Assembly (NCBI GenBank): GCA_964291625.2
Contig: OZ220089.1
Coordinates: 1,088,001 to 1,152,000 of the forward strand
Reading direction: 5' to 3'
Length of the DNA stretch: 64,000 nt
DNA from: Candidatus Latescibacterota bacterium
GTDB lineage: Bacteria; Latescibacterota; UBA2968; UBA8231
Shown one piece after another: positions 55,532 through 64,000 of the stretch. Made by a program: the position numbers and the translations under genes. The notes beneath the pieces were generated by a model. It was given only the letters and a program-made list of their open reading frames with translations. It was not told where the DNA came from and made no database searches. Position 1 is the first letter of the stretch; each line of letters begins with the position of its first letter.

Positions 55532-58500
55532 AGGCTGAACTGCTGAAACTCGCCCTCTCTTCGCTTGCCGTCCTCGGCCCGCTGTCCAGCCAGCCGGCCG
55601 GTGCCGAGTCCACTATCGAGGGCCACGTACGCCTGCCGTCGGGCGCGCCGGTTCCCGGGGCCCAGGTGATGCTCTTCGATCTGGCCGAGTTGGGACGGCT
55701 GGCTTCGGTGACAACCGACGAAGCCGGCCGGTTCTCCCTGTCCCTGACCAGCCTTGGAGGCTCGGCCCTGCCGGACCAGTTCTCCCTCGGGCAGAACTAC
55801 CCCAATCCCTTCAACCCTTCCACCATCATCCCCTACCAGTTGCCGGCCCCCGCTCGCGTGCGCCTGGAGGTGTTCAACCTCCTGGGCCAACGGATCGCCA
55901 CCCTTGTGGACGAGGTGCGGCCCCCCGGCTTTCACAACGCCCGCTGGGACGGCACCGACGCGGCTGGACGGGCCGTGGCCGCCGGGCTCTATCTCTACCG
56001 GTTGCAGAGCGACCACATGGCGGCCACCGGGCGCATGGTGCTGGTCGACGGGCAGGCGGGGATCCCCGCACCTGGCGCCATCCCGGAACATCGGCCTACG
56101 GCGGGCACCGAGACCTCGACGGAGTCTTCCGTCCTTGGCCTGACCGTCTCCGGTCCGGGGCTGGCCACCTACGTGGACCCGGCCTTTCGAGTGGAGGCAG
56201 GCATGGGGGCCGTGGACCTGTTGGTGGAGGTGGTGGACATCCCGCCAAGGGGAAAGGCCGCCACGAGCGGAGTACCTGGCGACGTCGACAACAACGGCCG
56301 GGTCGATATCGTCGACGCCCTGCTGGTGGCCACCTACATCGCCGACAACTCCGTCACCATGCCCAACAACGGCGATATCTCCCTGGCCGACATGAACAGC
56401 GACGGCCGCATCGACTACATCGACGTCTGGCTCATCGTCACCCAGTTCGTGCTTCAGCAGATCGGAGGACAGGAGCCCCCAGTTGGCGAGACGTCCAGGA
56501 TGTACTGGCTCGACCGGGGCACGCACCGGATTCAACGGGCCGACCTCGACGGGTCCAATGTCGAGAACCTGGTCACCGCGGGGGTGAGCGCGCCCAAGGA
56601 GCTGGCCCTGGATGCTGGGGCGGGCAAGATGTACTGGACGGATAGCACGACGAACAAGATTCAGAGGGCCAACCTCGACGGGTCCCAGGTGGAGGACCTC
56701 GTCACCGGACTCGTCGGACCGGCTGCCCTGGAGCTGGATGTGGCGGCGGGCCTGATGTACTGGACGGATTCGAGGATCGGGAAGATCCAGCGCGCCAACC
56801 TCGATGGGTCGGGCGTGGAGGATCTCGTCGCCGGCCTGCGCGACCCCCAGGGGCTGGCGTTGGATGTGGCGGCCGGCCTGATGTACTGGACCGACCAGGG
56901 GACGAAAGAGATTCGGCGCGCCAACCTCGATGGCTCCAACCCTCAGGGTCTCCTCACCTCCGGACTTCGCGCCCCTACGGCTTTGGCCCTGGATACGGAA
57001 GCGGGCAAGATGTACTGGACCGACTGGGGCACGGACAAGATCCAACGCGCTGACCTCGATGGATCCAACGTTGAAGACCTCGCCCGTACAAGTGGGGATA
57101 TCCTTCACGGGCTGGCCCTCGATCTGGCGGCCGGCAAGATGTACTGGACCGACCATGGCCGAGGAAGAATCCAACGGGCCGACCTCGATGGGTCCAATGT
57201 GGAGGATCTGGTCACCACCGGATTGAGCGGGCCCTCCGGACTGGCCTTGGAGATCGCTGGTGCCGAAGCCCCTCCCACCGCCACGCTGTCGCCCGACCCG
57301 TCCTCCATGGACCTCCTCGACGACGGGACCTGGCACGCCTTCACCGTCCAGGCCAACGAGTCCGTCGTCGTCGTCGCCAACCCCGCCGGAACCACCCCTC
57401 GGGTCGAGATCACCGGCACCAGCGGCGCCGCCAACCGATGCCCCGCCGCGGCCCGGGACAGCCTGTCGCGCGAGGACGGCCAGACCATCTACCTGGCCGG
57501 GTGCTCCGCCGGCCTGGCCAAGGTGGAGCTGCGGCGAGCTTCGGATCAGACCCTCCTGAGGACTTACAACTTCACCATAGAGGAGACCCCCGCCGCCACA
57601 ACGGGGCCGGGTATCGCCAGGATCTACTGGACCACCGGCGACAAGATCCTGCGGGCGGACGCGGACGGCGGCAACGTCGAAGACCTCGTCGCCTTCGGGT
57701 CTCCGCGAAGTCTGGCCCTCGATGTGCTGGAAGGCCACGTCTACTGGACCGACCAGAGCAGCCGCTGGATCTGGCGAGCCAACCTCGACGGGTCCGGAAC
57801 CGAAGCCGTCATCGCCTCCGGCCTCATCCGCCCCGTCGCCATCGCCCTCGACGGGACCCGGGGCCAGATCTACTGGACCGACGCCGGATCCAACAGGATC
57901 CAGCGAGCCAACCTCGACGGATCGCGGGTGGAGACCCTGGTCCGCATCGGCCTCCACAGCCCCGAGGGCCTGGCCCTGGACGTGGACGCCGGCAAGATCT
58001 ACTGGTCCGACTACGGCACCAACAAGATCCAGAGAGCCAACCTCGACGGGTCCGACGTCGAAGACCTCGTCACCACCGGCCTGAGAGTCCCCGGGGAGCT
58101 GGCCCTCGATACGGGGGCGGGCAAGATCTACTGGACGGACTACGGGACCGACAAGATCCAGCGGGCCGACCTCGACGGATCCAACGTCGAGGACCTCGTG
58201 ACGACCGGACTGAGAATCGCCAAGGGCCTGGCCCTGGATGTGGCCGGGGGCAAGATCTATTGGACCGACGCCGGAACCCGGAAGATCGCGAGGGCCGATC
58301 TCGACGGCTCCAACGTCGAAACCCTCATCACCCGCTCAACCGACAGCCCCACCGGCCTGGCCCTGGCCGATCCCTTCGCCTCCCTGTCACCAAACCCCTC
58401 GGCCGTCGCGCTGCCCAGGCCCGGGACCTGGCGCCCCTTCGAGGTGCAGGCCACCGAGCCAGTTCTCGTAGTGGCCAATCCCACGGGAACCCCGGCGCGT

Positions 58501-59451
58501 ATCCTGGTCGCCCAATCCGGCGGGGCCACCAGCGACTGCCCGGCGATGGGGGAGGCCGTCCTCACCCGCTACCACGGACAATCCGTCTACCTGGCTGCCT
58601 GCGAGGCGGGCCAAGCCACCGTCGAGTTGCGCAGTGTGTCGGACCAAGCCGTCCTTCAGACCTATGTCCTGAGAATACCCGACAAGACGAGGATGTACTG
58701 GACCAACGCCGGCAGCCGGGACAGGATTCAGCGAGCCGACATCGACGGATCCAACCTGGAGAACCTGGTCACCACCGGATTGAACAATCCGATCGATGTG
58801 GCCTTGGACGTGACGGCTGGAAAGATGTACTGGACCGACCATGGCACGGACAAGATCCAACGGGCCAACCTTGACGGGTCCAATGTCGAAGATCTCGTCA
58901 CTACTGCATTGAGGTACCCTGTGGGGTTGGCCCTGGACTTGACGGCCGGCAAGATGTATTGGACGGACATGGAACTGGACAGGATCCGGCGGGCCAATCT
59001 CGACGGATCCAGAATCGAGAATCTCGTCACCAGTGGATTGGTCAACCCCAGGGGGCTGGCCCTGGACGTGGCAAGGGGCAAGATGTACTGGGCCGACCAT
59101 GGTATCGACAAGATTCAGCGTGCCGACCTCGACGGATCCAATGTGGAGGACCTCGTCACCATCGGCCTGGTTGCACCGGATCGATTGGCCCTGGATATCG
59201 ACGGCAACTGGATGTACTGGACCGAATCCGGCGCCGGGAAGATTCAGCGCGCCAGGCTCAACGGAACCAATGTCCAGGATCTCATCACCACACTGGAGCA
59301 GCCCAGGGGGATTGCCTTGGATCTGGAGGGCGGCCGGATGTACTGGACCGACATCATCACGCGGAAAGTCCAGAGTGCCAACCTCGACGGATCCCAGGTC
59401 CGGGACCTCGTTACGGGACTGGACACTCCCACTTCCATTGTGCTGGAATAG
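55528..59451 (+). CDS. Secreted LDL-receptor-class-B (YWTD) repeat protein with FlgD-Ig and dockerin-like domains
   Basis: Signal peptide; QNYPNPFN..WDG domain; GDVDNNG.VDIVD/DMNSDG.ID EF-hand pair; 18 YWTD-like repeats. Confidence 0.88.
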   Translation: MKAELLKLALSSLAVLGPLSSQPAGAESTIEGHVRLPSGAPVPGAQVMLFDLAELGRLASVTTDEAGRFSLSLTSLGGSALPDQFSLGQNYPNPFNPSTIIPYQLPAPARVRLEVFNLLGQRIATLVDEVRPPGFHNARWDGTDAAGRAVAAGLYLYRLQSDHMAATGRMVLVDGQAGIPAPGAIPEHRPTAGTETSTESSVLGLTVSGPGLATYVDPAFRVEAGMGAVDLLVEVVDIPPRGKAATSGVPGDVDNNGRVDIVDALLVATYIADNSVTMPNNGDISLADMNSDGRIDYIDVWLIVTQFVLQQIGGQEPPVGETSRMYWLDRGTHRIQRADLDGSNVENLVTAGVSAPKELALDAGAGKMYWTDSTTNKIQRANLDGSQVEDLVTGLVGPAALELDVAAGLMYWTDSRIGKIQRANLDGSGVEDLVAGLRDPQGLALDVAAGLMYWTDQGTKEIRRANLDGSNPQGLLTSGLRAPTALALDTEAGKMYWTDWGTDKIQRADLDGSNVEDLARTSGDILHGLALDLAAGKMYWTDHGRGRIQRADLDGSNVEDLVTTGLSGPSGLALEIAGAEAPPTATLSPDPSSMDLLDDGTWHAFTVQANESVVVVANPAGTTPRVEITGTSGAANRCPAAARDSLSREDGQTIYLAGCSAGLAKVELRRASDQTLLRTYNFTIEETPAATTGPGIARIYWTTGDKILRADADGGNVEDLVAFGSPRSLALDVLEGHVYWTDQSSRWIWRANLDGSGTEAVIASGLIRPVAIALDGTRGQIYWTDAGSNRIQRANLDGSRVETLVRIGLHSPEGLALDVDAGKIYWSDYGTNKIQRANLDGSDVEDLVTTGLRVPGELALDTGAGKIYWTDYGTDKIQRADLDGSNVEDLVTTGLRIAKGLALDVAGGKIYWTDAGTRKIARADLDGSNVETLITRSTDSPTGLALADPFASLSPNPSAVALPRPGTWRPFEVQATEPVLVVANPTGTPARILVAQSGGATSDCPAMGEAVLTRYHGQSVYLAACEAGQATVELRSVSDQAVLQTYVLRIPDKTRMYWTNAGSRDRIQRADIDGSNLENLVTTGLNNPIDVALDVTAGKMYWTDHGTDKIQRANLDGSNVEDLVTTALRYPVGLALDLTAGKMYWTDMELDRIRRANLDGSRIENLVTSGLVNPRGLALDVARGKMYWADHGIDKIQRADLDGSNVEDLVTIGLVAPDRLALDIDGNWMYWTESGAGKIQRARLNGTNVQDLITTLEQPRGIALDLEGGRMYWTDIITRKVQSANLDGSQVRDLVTGLDTPTSIVLE

Positions 59452-59483
59452 TTGTGCGCCGGGTCACGCGGCTCGAGAGCCCA

Positions 59484-60644
59484 CTAGTCGCAGACCGAAT
59501 CGATCGCCTTCGAGATTCCGGCCACCATATTCCGGAGATTCACCTTCTCCCTCACGATTCTCCGGGATGCCTTGCCCATCTCCTTGAGGCGCCCTTTGTC
59601 AGCAAGGAGATCAAGCATCGCCTTCTCGAGGGCGGCTTCATCGCCCGGCTTGACGATGTGTCCATTGACTCCTTCGATCACAAGATCACGTTCGGTCCCA
59701 TCCGCCTCGGAGCAGATCACAGGCTTACCGAACGCCATGGCCTGGTTCAAGGCCAGGCCGCCCAGGCCTGGCAGCACGAAGATGTCGGCCATGGCGAAAT
59801 AGGGATTGGATTCCTCCTTCCGGCCGACAAATGTCACATCCCTCACAGAAAGCTTGTCGACCAGCTCCTCCAGCTCCTTCCTGCAGGACCCGTCTCCCAC
59901 GATGACGAGAGCGGCTTCCGGGCATCTGTCTCGGATCCGCGAATAGGCACGGATCAGCGTATCGACGCGCTTCTGCCGGAGGAGTGCGCCAACGCTCAGG
60001 ACGACCTTCCGGCCCTCAACCCCCAGATTGCGTCTCACCCTGAGGCCCTCCTGCATGAATCTCTGGAGATGGAGGTCGATCTCCTCGGTGTCGATCGTGT
60101 TGTGGGCTATGTGAATCCTGTCCGGCGCCGCTCCCAGTTCGATCAGATAGTCTCTGGCATGCGTTCCATAGGCGATGAATGCGTGAGCCGGCAAAATGGC
60201 CAGCCGCGTGTAGCAACGGATGAGCCTCCGGGCCCAGGTTCTTTGCTCCGGCCTCTCCCAGGCTCCAACCCACCAGATGAATCTTCGGCCCGAGAGCCGG
60301 CAATAGATGCCCACCAGCAGATTGGTCAGGATGTTGAAAGTCCCTTCTGCAATGACCATGTGGGCAGCGAGTGACCTGACGGCCGACAGACTACCCGGCT
60401 GCAGTGTGGCGGTAAGGCCGAACAGGGAGAGCCTGTACCACTCAGCGTAGGCGGCCTTGAAGGGTAACCTGCCGCCATGGGCTACATGCCCGGAATTCAG
60501 GGACTTCGTTCCATGGACGACCACAACATCCAGGTCGGGCCGCTCCGACAAGCGTTGGAACAGGGGAACCCGGTAGTGAGGGATGATCCTCTGGATGATG
60601 ACCACGGACCTCTTCGCCCGCTCCTCCACCCCGGTCGAGTCCAT
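59484..60644 (-). CDS. Glycosyltransferase family 4
   Basis: IIPHYRVPLF, SVGAL..QKRVD, IVGDG, ADIFVLPGLGGLALNQAM.FG. Confidence 0.88.
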   Translation of the reverse strand: MDSTGVEERAKRSVVIIQRIIPHYRVPLFQRLSERPDLDVVVVHGTKSLNSGHVAHGGRLPFKAAYAEWYRLSLFGLTATLQPGSLSAVRSLAAHMVIAEGTFNILTNLLVGIYCRLSGRRFIWWVGAWERPEQRTWARRLIRCYTRLAILPAHAFIAYGTHARDYLIELGAAPDRIHIAHNTIDTEEIDLHLQRFMQEGLRVRRNLGVEGRKVVLSVGALLRQKRVDTLIRAYSRIRDRCPEAALVIVGDGSCRKELEELVDKLSVRDVTFVGRKEESNPYFAMADIFVLPGLGGLALNQAMAFGKPVICSEADGTERDLVIEGVNGHIVKPGDEAALEKAMLDLLADKGRLKEMGKASRRIVREKVNLRNMVAGISKAIDSVCD

Positions 60645-60649
60645 CGGAC

Positions 60650-61441
60650 TCAGGCACTCCCCTCCGGCTGCGAGTGCCCGGGAAGCACGACCTGACGGAC
60701 GAAGGTGGCCTTGCACTCCACCGCATGGACCGGAAGATACGATTCGGCGCGGAACCGCCTGACCAGCCCCCGGAGTCTGTCGGCGGCCCGGCCATCCAGC
60801 GGCGAGTGCAACTCGTCGAAGGTGATGCACACCACGTCCGGCCGGATGTCCCCGTCGAAGATCGCCTCCATCACCTCGTACTCGGCCCCCTCGATGTTGA
60901 GCTTCACGAAGGACACCCGCTCGAGGTCAAGCCGTCGAAGGATCTCCTCCGGCGACAGGCACTCCGCCTCAAAGTGCTCGCTGGTATTCTGCAGATTGAC
61001 GATGGAGTGGCTCACGTGTTCCGGGTCCGAAGGAGCGTAGAATCGTTCCGTCCTGCACTCCGACCACACCCCGTACGGATGAATGGTCAGCCGTCCTTCC
61101 ACCTTGCCATCGATGCCGGCAATGATCCCCTTGCAGTACTCGATGGCCCTGGGCGTTGGGTCATAGATGTGGACCGTCGCCCCCAGGTCCCTGGCGAGAC
61201 CGACTTCAAAGCTGATGTCCTCGCCCGCCCCGAAGCTCAGTCCCGTGCGGCCGCGGACCAACTCGGCAGGTACGGCGTAACCGCCATAGGCCGACCCCAG
61301 GTAGGTGACTCCCGGCATCTCTTCCAGCCTGCCAACCCCGATGCGCCTCATGCGCATGCGGCTGCGGAGTGAGCGCAACGCTTCCCGCAGCGGCTGCGGC
61401 AGTACCCGTCTCAGGATGGTAATCGCACCCACGTGAATCAC
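60650..61441 (-). CDS. FkbM-family methyltransferase
   Basis: SFGAGEDISFE, YDPTP, KLNIEGAEYEV; GTGA overlap. Confidence 0.82.
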   Translation of the reverse strand: MIHVGAITILRRVLPQPLREALRSLRSRMRMRRIGVGRLEEMPGVTYLGSAYGGYAVPAELVRGRTGLSFGAGEDISFEVGLARDLGATVHIYDPTPRAIEYCKGIIAGIDGKVEGRLTIHPYGVWSECRTERFYAPSDPEHVSHSIVNLQNTSEHFEAECLSPEEILRRLDLERVSFVKLNIEGAEYEVMEAIFDGDIRPDVVCITFDELHSPLDGRAADRLRGLVRRFRAESYLPVHAVECKATFVRQVVLPGHSQPEGSA

Positions 61442-62403
61442 CCTTCCGGGCTCCCTCCCCCCCTGAACCACTCCACCGTCCGCCCCATCCCCTCCCGAAG
61501 CGAGACCCCCGCCCGCCAACCCAGGTCCCTCTCCGCGGCGGCCACATCCAGCCAGATCCTGGGGATGTCCCCGGGCCGCGGCGGGCCGTGGACCGCCCCG
61601 CCATGGTCCGGGATCAACTCACATAGCGAGGCATGCAGCTGATTCACCGAAACGGCCGTACCCGTCCCGAGGTTGTACGGCCCCCGCCTCCCGGATCGGT
61701 ACACGGCCAGCGTTCCCTCCACCAGGTCCGACACGTAGATGTAGTCGCGCACGTCCTCTCCGTCGCCGAAGATCGTCACCTGCCGGCCTGCGAGCATGGC
61801 CTGCGCGAAGATGGCGATGACCCCGGCCTCTCCATGGGGATCCTGGCGCGGGCCGTAGACGTTGGAGGGCCGCACGATCCCGTAGTCGATTCCATGGAGT
61901 TGGCCGTAGACGCGCAGGTACGACTCCACCGCCAGTTTGGAGGCCCCATAGGGAGACAGGGGTTCCGCACTCAGCGACTCCCGCGCGGGGAGTTCGGCTG
62001 GGCAAAGGTCGCCGTAGATGCCGCCGCCGGTGGAGAAGAAGATGAACCTCGGCCTGGCCTCCAGGGCCGCCACGGCCTGCAACAGGTTCAGCGAGCCGAT
62101 CAGGTTGACCTGCGCGTCGAGCTCGGGGTCCCTGGCCGATACGGCCACGCTGACCTGCGCCGCCAGGTGGAAGACCGCCGTGGGAGCGATCTTCGCCACG
62201 ATTCCGCCCAGGGAGCCGTCGCGGATGTCCGCCTGGATCAGCTCCGCCGACGGGTGGAGGTTGGCGGCACTTCCCGTCTCCAGCGAATCGATGACGTGGA
62301 CGCGGTGCCCGGTCTCGACAAGCCGCTCGACGAGGTGGCTGCCGATGAACCCGGCTCCCCCTGTCACCAGGACATGGCCGGGGGATGAGTGGTCTCGTGT
62401 CAT
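61438..62403 (-). CDS. NAD-dependent epimerase/dehydratase (UDP-glucose 4-epimerase-like)
   Basis: VTGGAGFIGSH, HLAAQ, YGASK, NVYGPRQDPHGEAGV, RDYIYV. Confidence 0.9.
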   Translation of the reverse strand: MTRDHSSPGHVLVTGGAGFIGSHLVERLVETGHRVHVIDSLETGSAANLHPSAELIQADIRDGSLGGIVAKIAPTAVFHLAAQVSVAVSARDPELDAQVNLIGSLNLLQAVAALEARPRFIFFSTGGGIYGDLCPAELPARESLSAEPLSPYGASKLAVESYLRVYGQLHGIDYGIVRPSNVYGPRQDPHGEAGVIAIFAQAMLAGRQVTIFGDGEDVRDYIYVSDLVEGTLAVYRSGRRGPYNLGTGTAVSVNQLHASLCELIPDHGGAVHGPPRPGDIPRIWLDVAAAERDLGWRAGVSLREGMGRTVEWFRGGGSPEG

Positions 62404-62461
62404 GTCGCTCAACCTAACCCGGCACCTTGTCCCGAGCCAGGGTCACCGGTAGATTCAGCCC

Positions 62462-63661
62462 ATGGCGAATGTAGTGACGAGCCCCCGTTACTCCCGCTGG
62501 CGCCGCCCCCTCATCGACGATTTCGCGGTCATCGACACGGTACCCGATCCGGATGTCCTCACCGATGCGCCGTCGCTGGTGCGGCTGCCCGGCGGCGACC
62601 TGCTGTGCGCCTGCCCCCGTCTCGTGGGCGGCGCCGGCCACCTGCAGGCCACCCTCCAGCGGCTGGGACCCAACACGTTGAGCGTCTACACGAGCACCGA
62701 TCACGGTGACTCGTGGAAGGAACTCCAGCGGCTCCCCTTTCTCGCGGGGCGGCTGTTCCTGCACGAGGGGTCGGCGTTCTACCTGGGTGTGGGTCCCGAA
62801 CGCAAGGGCATCTGGATCAGCCGCTCCGACGACGGCGGCAGAGGATGGACCGGGCCCGTGCAGCTCTTCGAGGGCTCGTTCTACGCCGCCGCTTCCGGCA
62901 TGGCCGAGAGAGACGGCCGGCTCTACTGGGCCTTCGGCGCCGTCAATGCCGAAGGCGAGTTCAACCGCAAGGGCTCCCGGCTCCTGGCGGTGGCCGGTGA
63001 CCTGTCCGCGGACCTCACCTCTCCGGCGGCGTGGCGCCGCTCGGCCGACCTGGACTACCCCGGCACGCCGGCGGAGCTCCTGCAGCCCGGGCGCCCGCAG
63101 GACCGGGACCACTGGCTCGAGCCCAACGTCGTCGACACGGCGGACGGGCTGCGCGTCCTCGCCCGCCTGCGGCTCGACGGATACGCCACCCCGGGGTTGG
63201 CGGCGGTCTGTGATCTGACCGACGACGACGGGAGCCTGGACCTGTGCTTCAGGCAGCTCCATCCCCTGCCGGGAGGACAGAACCACTTCCACGTAGTCCA
63301 CGACGAGGTGACCCGCCTCTACTGGATGCTGTGCAACCTGCCCACGCGGAGCCAGGGCGCGGGCGGCCGCGAGGTTTCGGGATGGCCGGGTTTCCGGGGA
63401 TCCCCCGGCAACGAACGGCGATTCCTCATGCTCTTCTACGGCGTCGACGCCCTCAACTGGTTCCCCGCCGGCTGCGTCGCCCAGTGGCCGAGTCCCGCCC
63501 AGGCCTTCAACTACACGACGCCGCTCATCGACGGCGAGGACCTGCTCATCGTCTCGCGCACCTCCCGCAACGGCCGCGACCAGCACGACAACGACCTGGT
63601 CACCTTCCACCGGCTCCCCGACTTCCGCTCCCTGGCCCTGGACCTGTTCCCCGGCCCCTGA
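62462..63661 (+). CDS. Sialidase/BNR (Asp-box) family beta-propeller protein
   Basis: Asp-boxes STDHGDSW and SDDGGRGW; WLEPN, GNERR. Confidence 0.65.
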   Translation: MANVVTSPRYSRWRRPLIDDFAVIDTVPDPDVLTDAPSLVRLPGGDLLCACPRLVGGAGHLQATLQRLGPNTLSVYTSTDHGDSWKELQRLPFLAGRLFLHEGSAFYLGVGPERKGIWISRSDDGGRGWTGPVQLFEGSFYAAASGMAERDGRLYWAFGAVNAEGEFNRKGSRLLAVAGDLSADLTSPAAWRRSADLDYPGTPAELLQPGRPQDRDHWLEPNVVDTADGLRVLARLRLDGYATPGLAAVCDLTDDDGSLDLCFRQLHPLPGGQNHFHVVHDEVTRLYWMLCNLPTRSQGAGGREVSGWPGFRGSPGNERRFLMLFYGVDALNWFPAGCVAQWPSPAQAFNYTTPLIDGEDLLIVSRTSRNGRDQHDNDLVTFHRLPDFRSLALDLFPGP

Positions 63662-63689
63662 GCCCCCCTCTTCGAGGAGGCGACTCGCC

Positions 63690-64000
63690 ATGCTTCTCCC
63701 CCGGATTCTTCCGCTCGCGGGGCTCGCCCTGGCCGCCCTCGCCCGATGCAGCGAGCCGGCGCCGCCGGCAGCCAGGATGCCGGCGCCCCCGCCCAGGTAC
63801 ACCGGCGACCTTCCGGTGCTGCAGGAGCGCGGCGTCCTCCGCGTCATCGTCCCTCCCGAGCCGGTGGACCATCTGCCGAGGTACGGCGAACCGGTAACCC
63901 TCGACTACGACATCGCCCGCGGTCTGTCGGAGGCCCTCCGGCTGAAGCTGGAGCTGGTCAAGGTCCAGAGCTTCGCAGAGATGATGACGAAGCTGCTGGA
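63690..64000 (+). CDS. Family-3 substrate-binding domain protein (MltF-like), 3' partial
   Basis: Manual translation MLLPRILPLAGLALAALARCSE...YTGDLPVLQERGVLRVIV...DYDIA; GAGGAGG RBS. Confidence 0.65.
   Translation, partial: MLLPRILPLAGLALAALARCSEPAPPAARMPAPPPRYTGDLPVLQERGVLRVIVPPEPVDHLPRYGEPVTLDYDIARGLSEALRLKLELVKVQSFAEMMTKLL

Noticed and set aside
56490-59400. Periodic DNA repeats (aagatgtactggaccgac, gccaacctcgacgg) resembling a CRISPR array
   Set aside because: They are degenerate, in-frame YWTD protein repeats, with no cas genes

Overview
High-GC bacterial chromosomal segment, gene-dense, with no transposase, integrase or CRISPR array seen. T9SS-type sorting domains, PhyH/amidohydrolase expansions and a eukaryote-like YWTD protein suggest an FCB-superphylum organism such as Latescibacterota, possibly a host symbiont; this taxonomy is inference. 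In order: era-purD-folB-folK; a coupled 14-kb minus-strand T9SS-like envelope operon (PorU-like with catalytic Cys->Ser, PorV-like, degenerate M6 protease, gluzincin/PD40/Omp85 protein, two paralogous exported proteins, M30-like peptidase); rpmB; pfk-pgk-tpiA-secG-tRNA-Leu; comF; a selenium locus (egtD, PhnCDE-like putative selenate ABC transporter, UGA/SECIS-containing selD, senA, senB); a coiled-coil beta-CASP nuclease three-gene module; a sugar/organic-acid catabolic cluster; and a surface-polysaccharide locus containing an 18-repeat YWTD protein. Two apparent 1-nt frameshifts (selD, second CBM9-like gene) may be sequencing errors.
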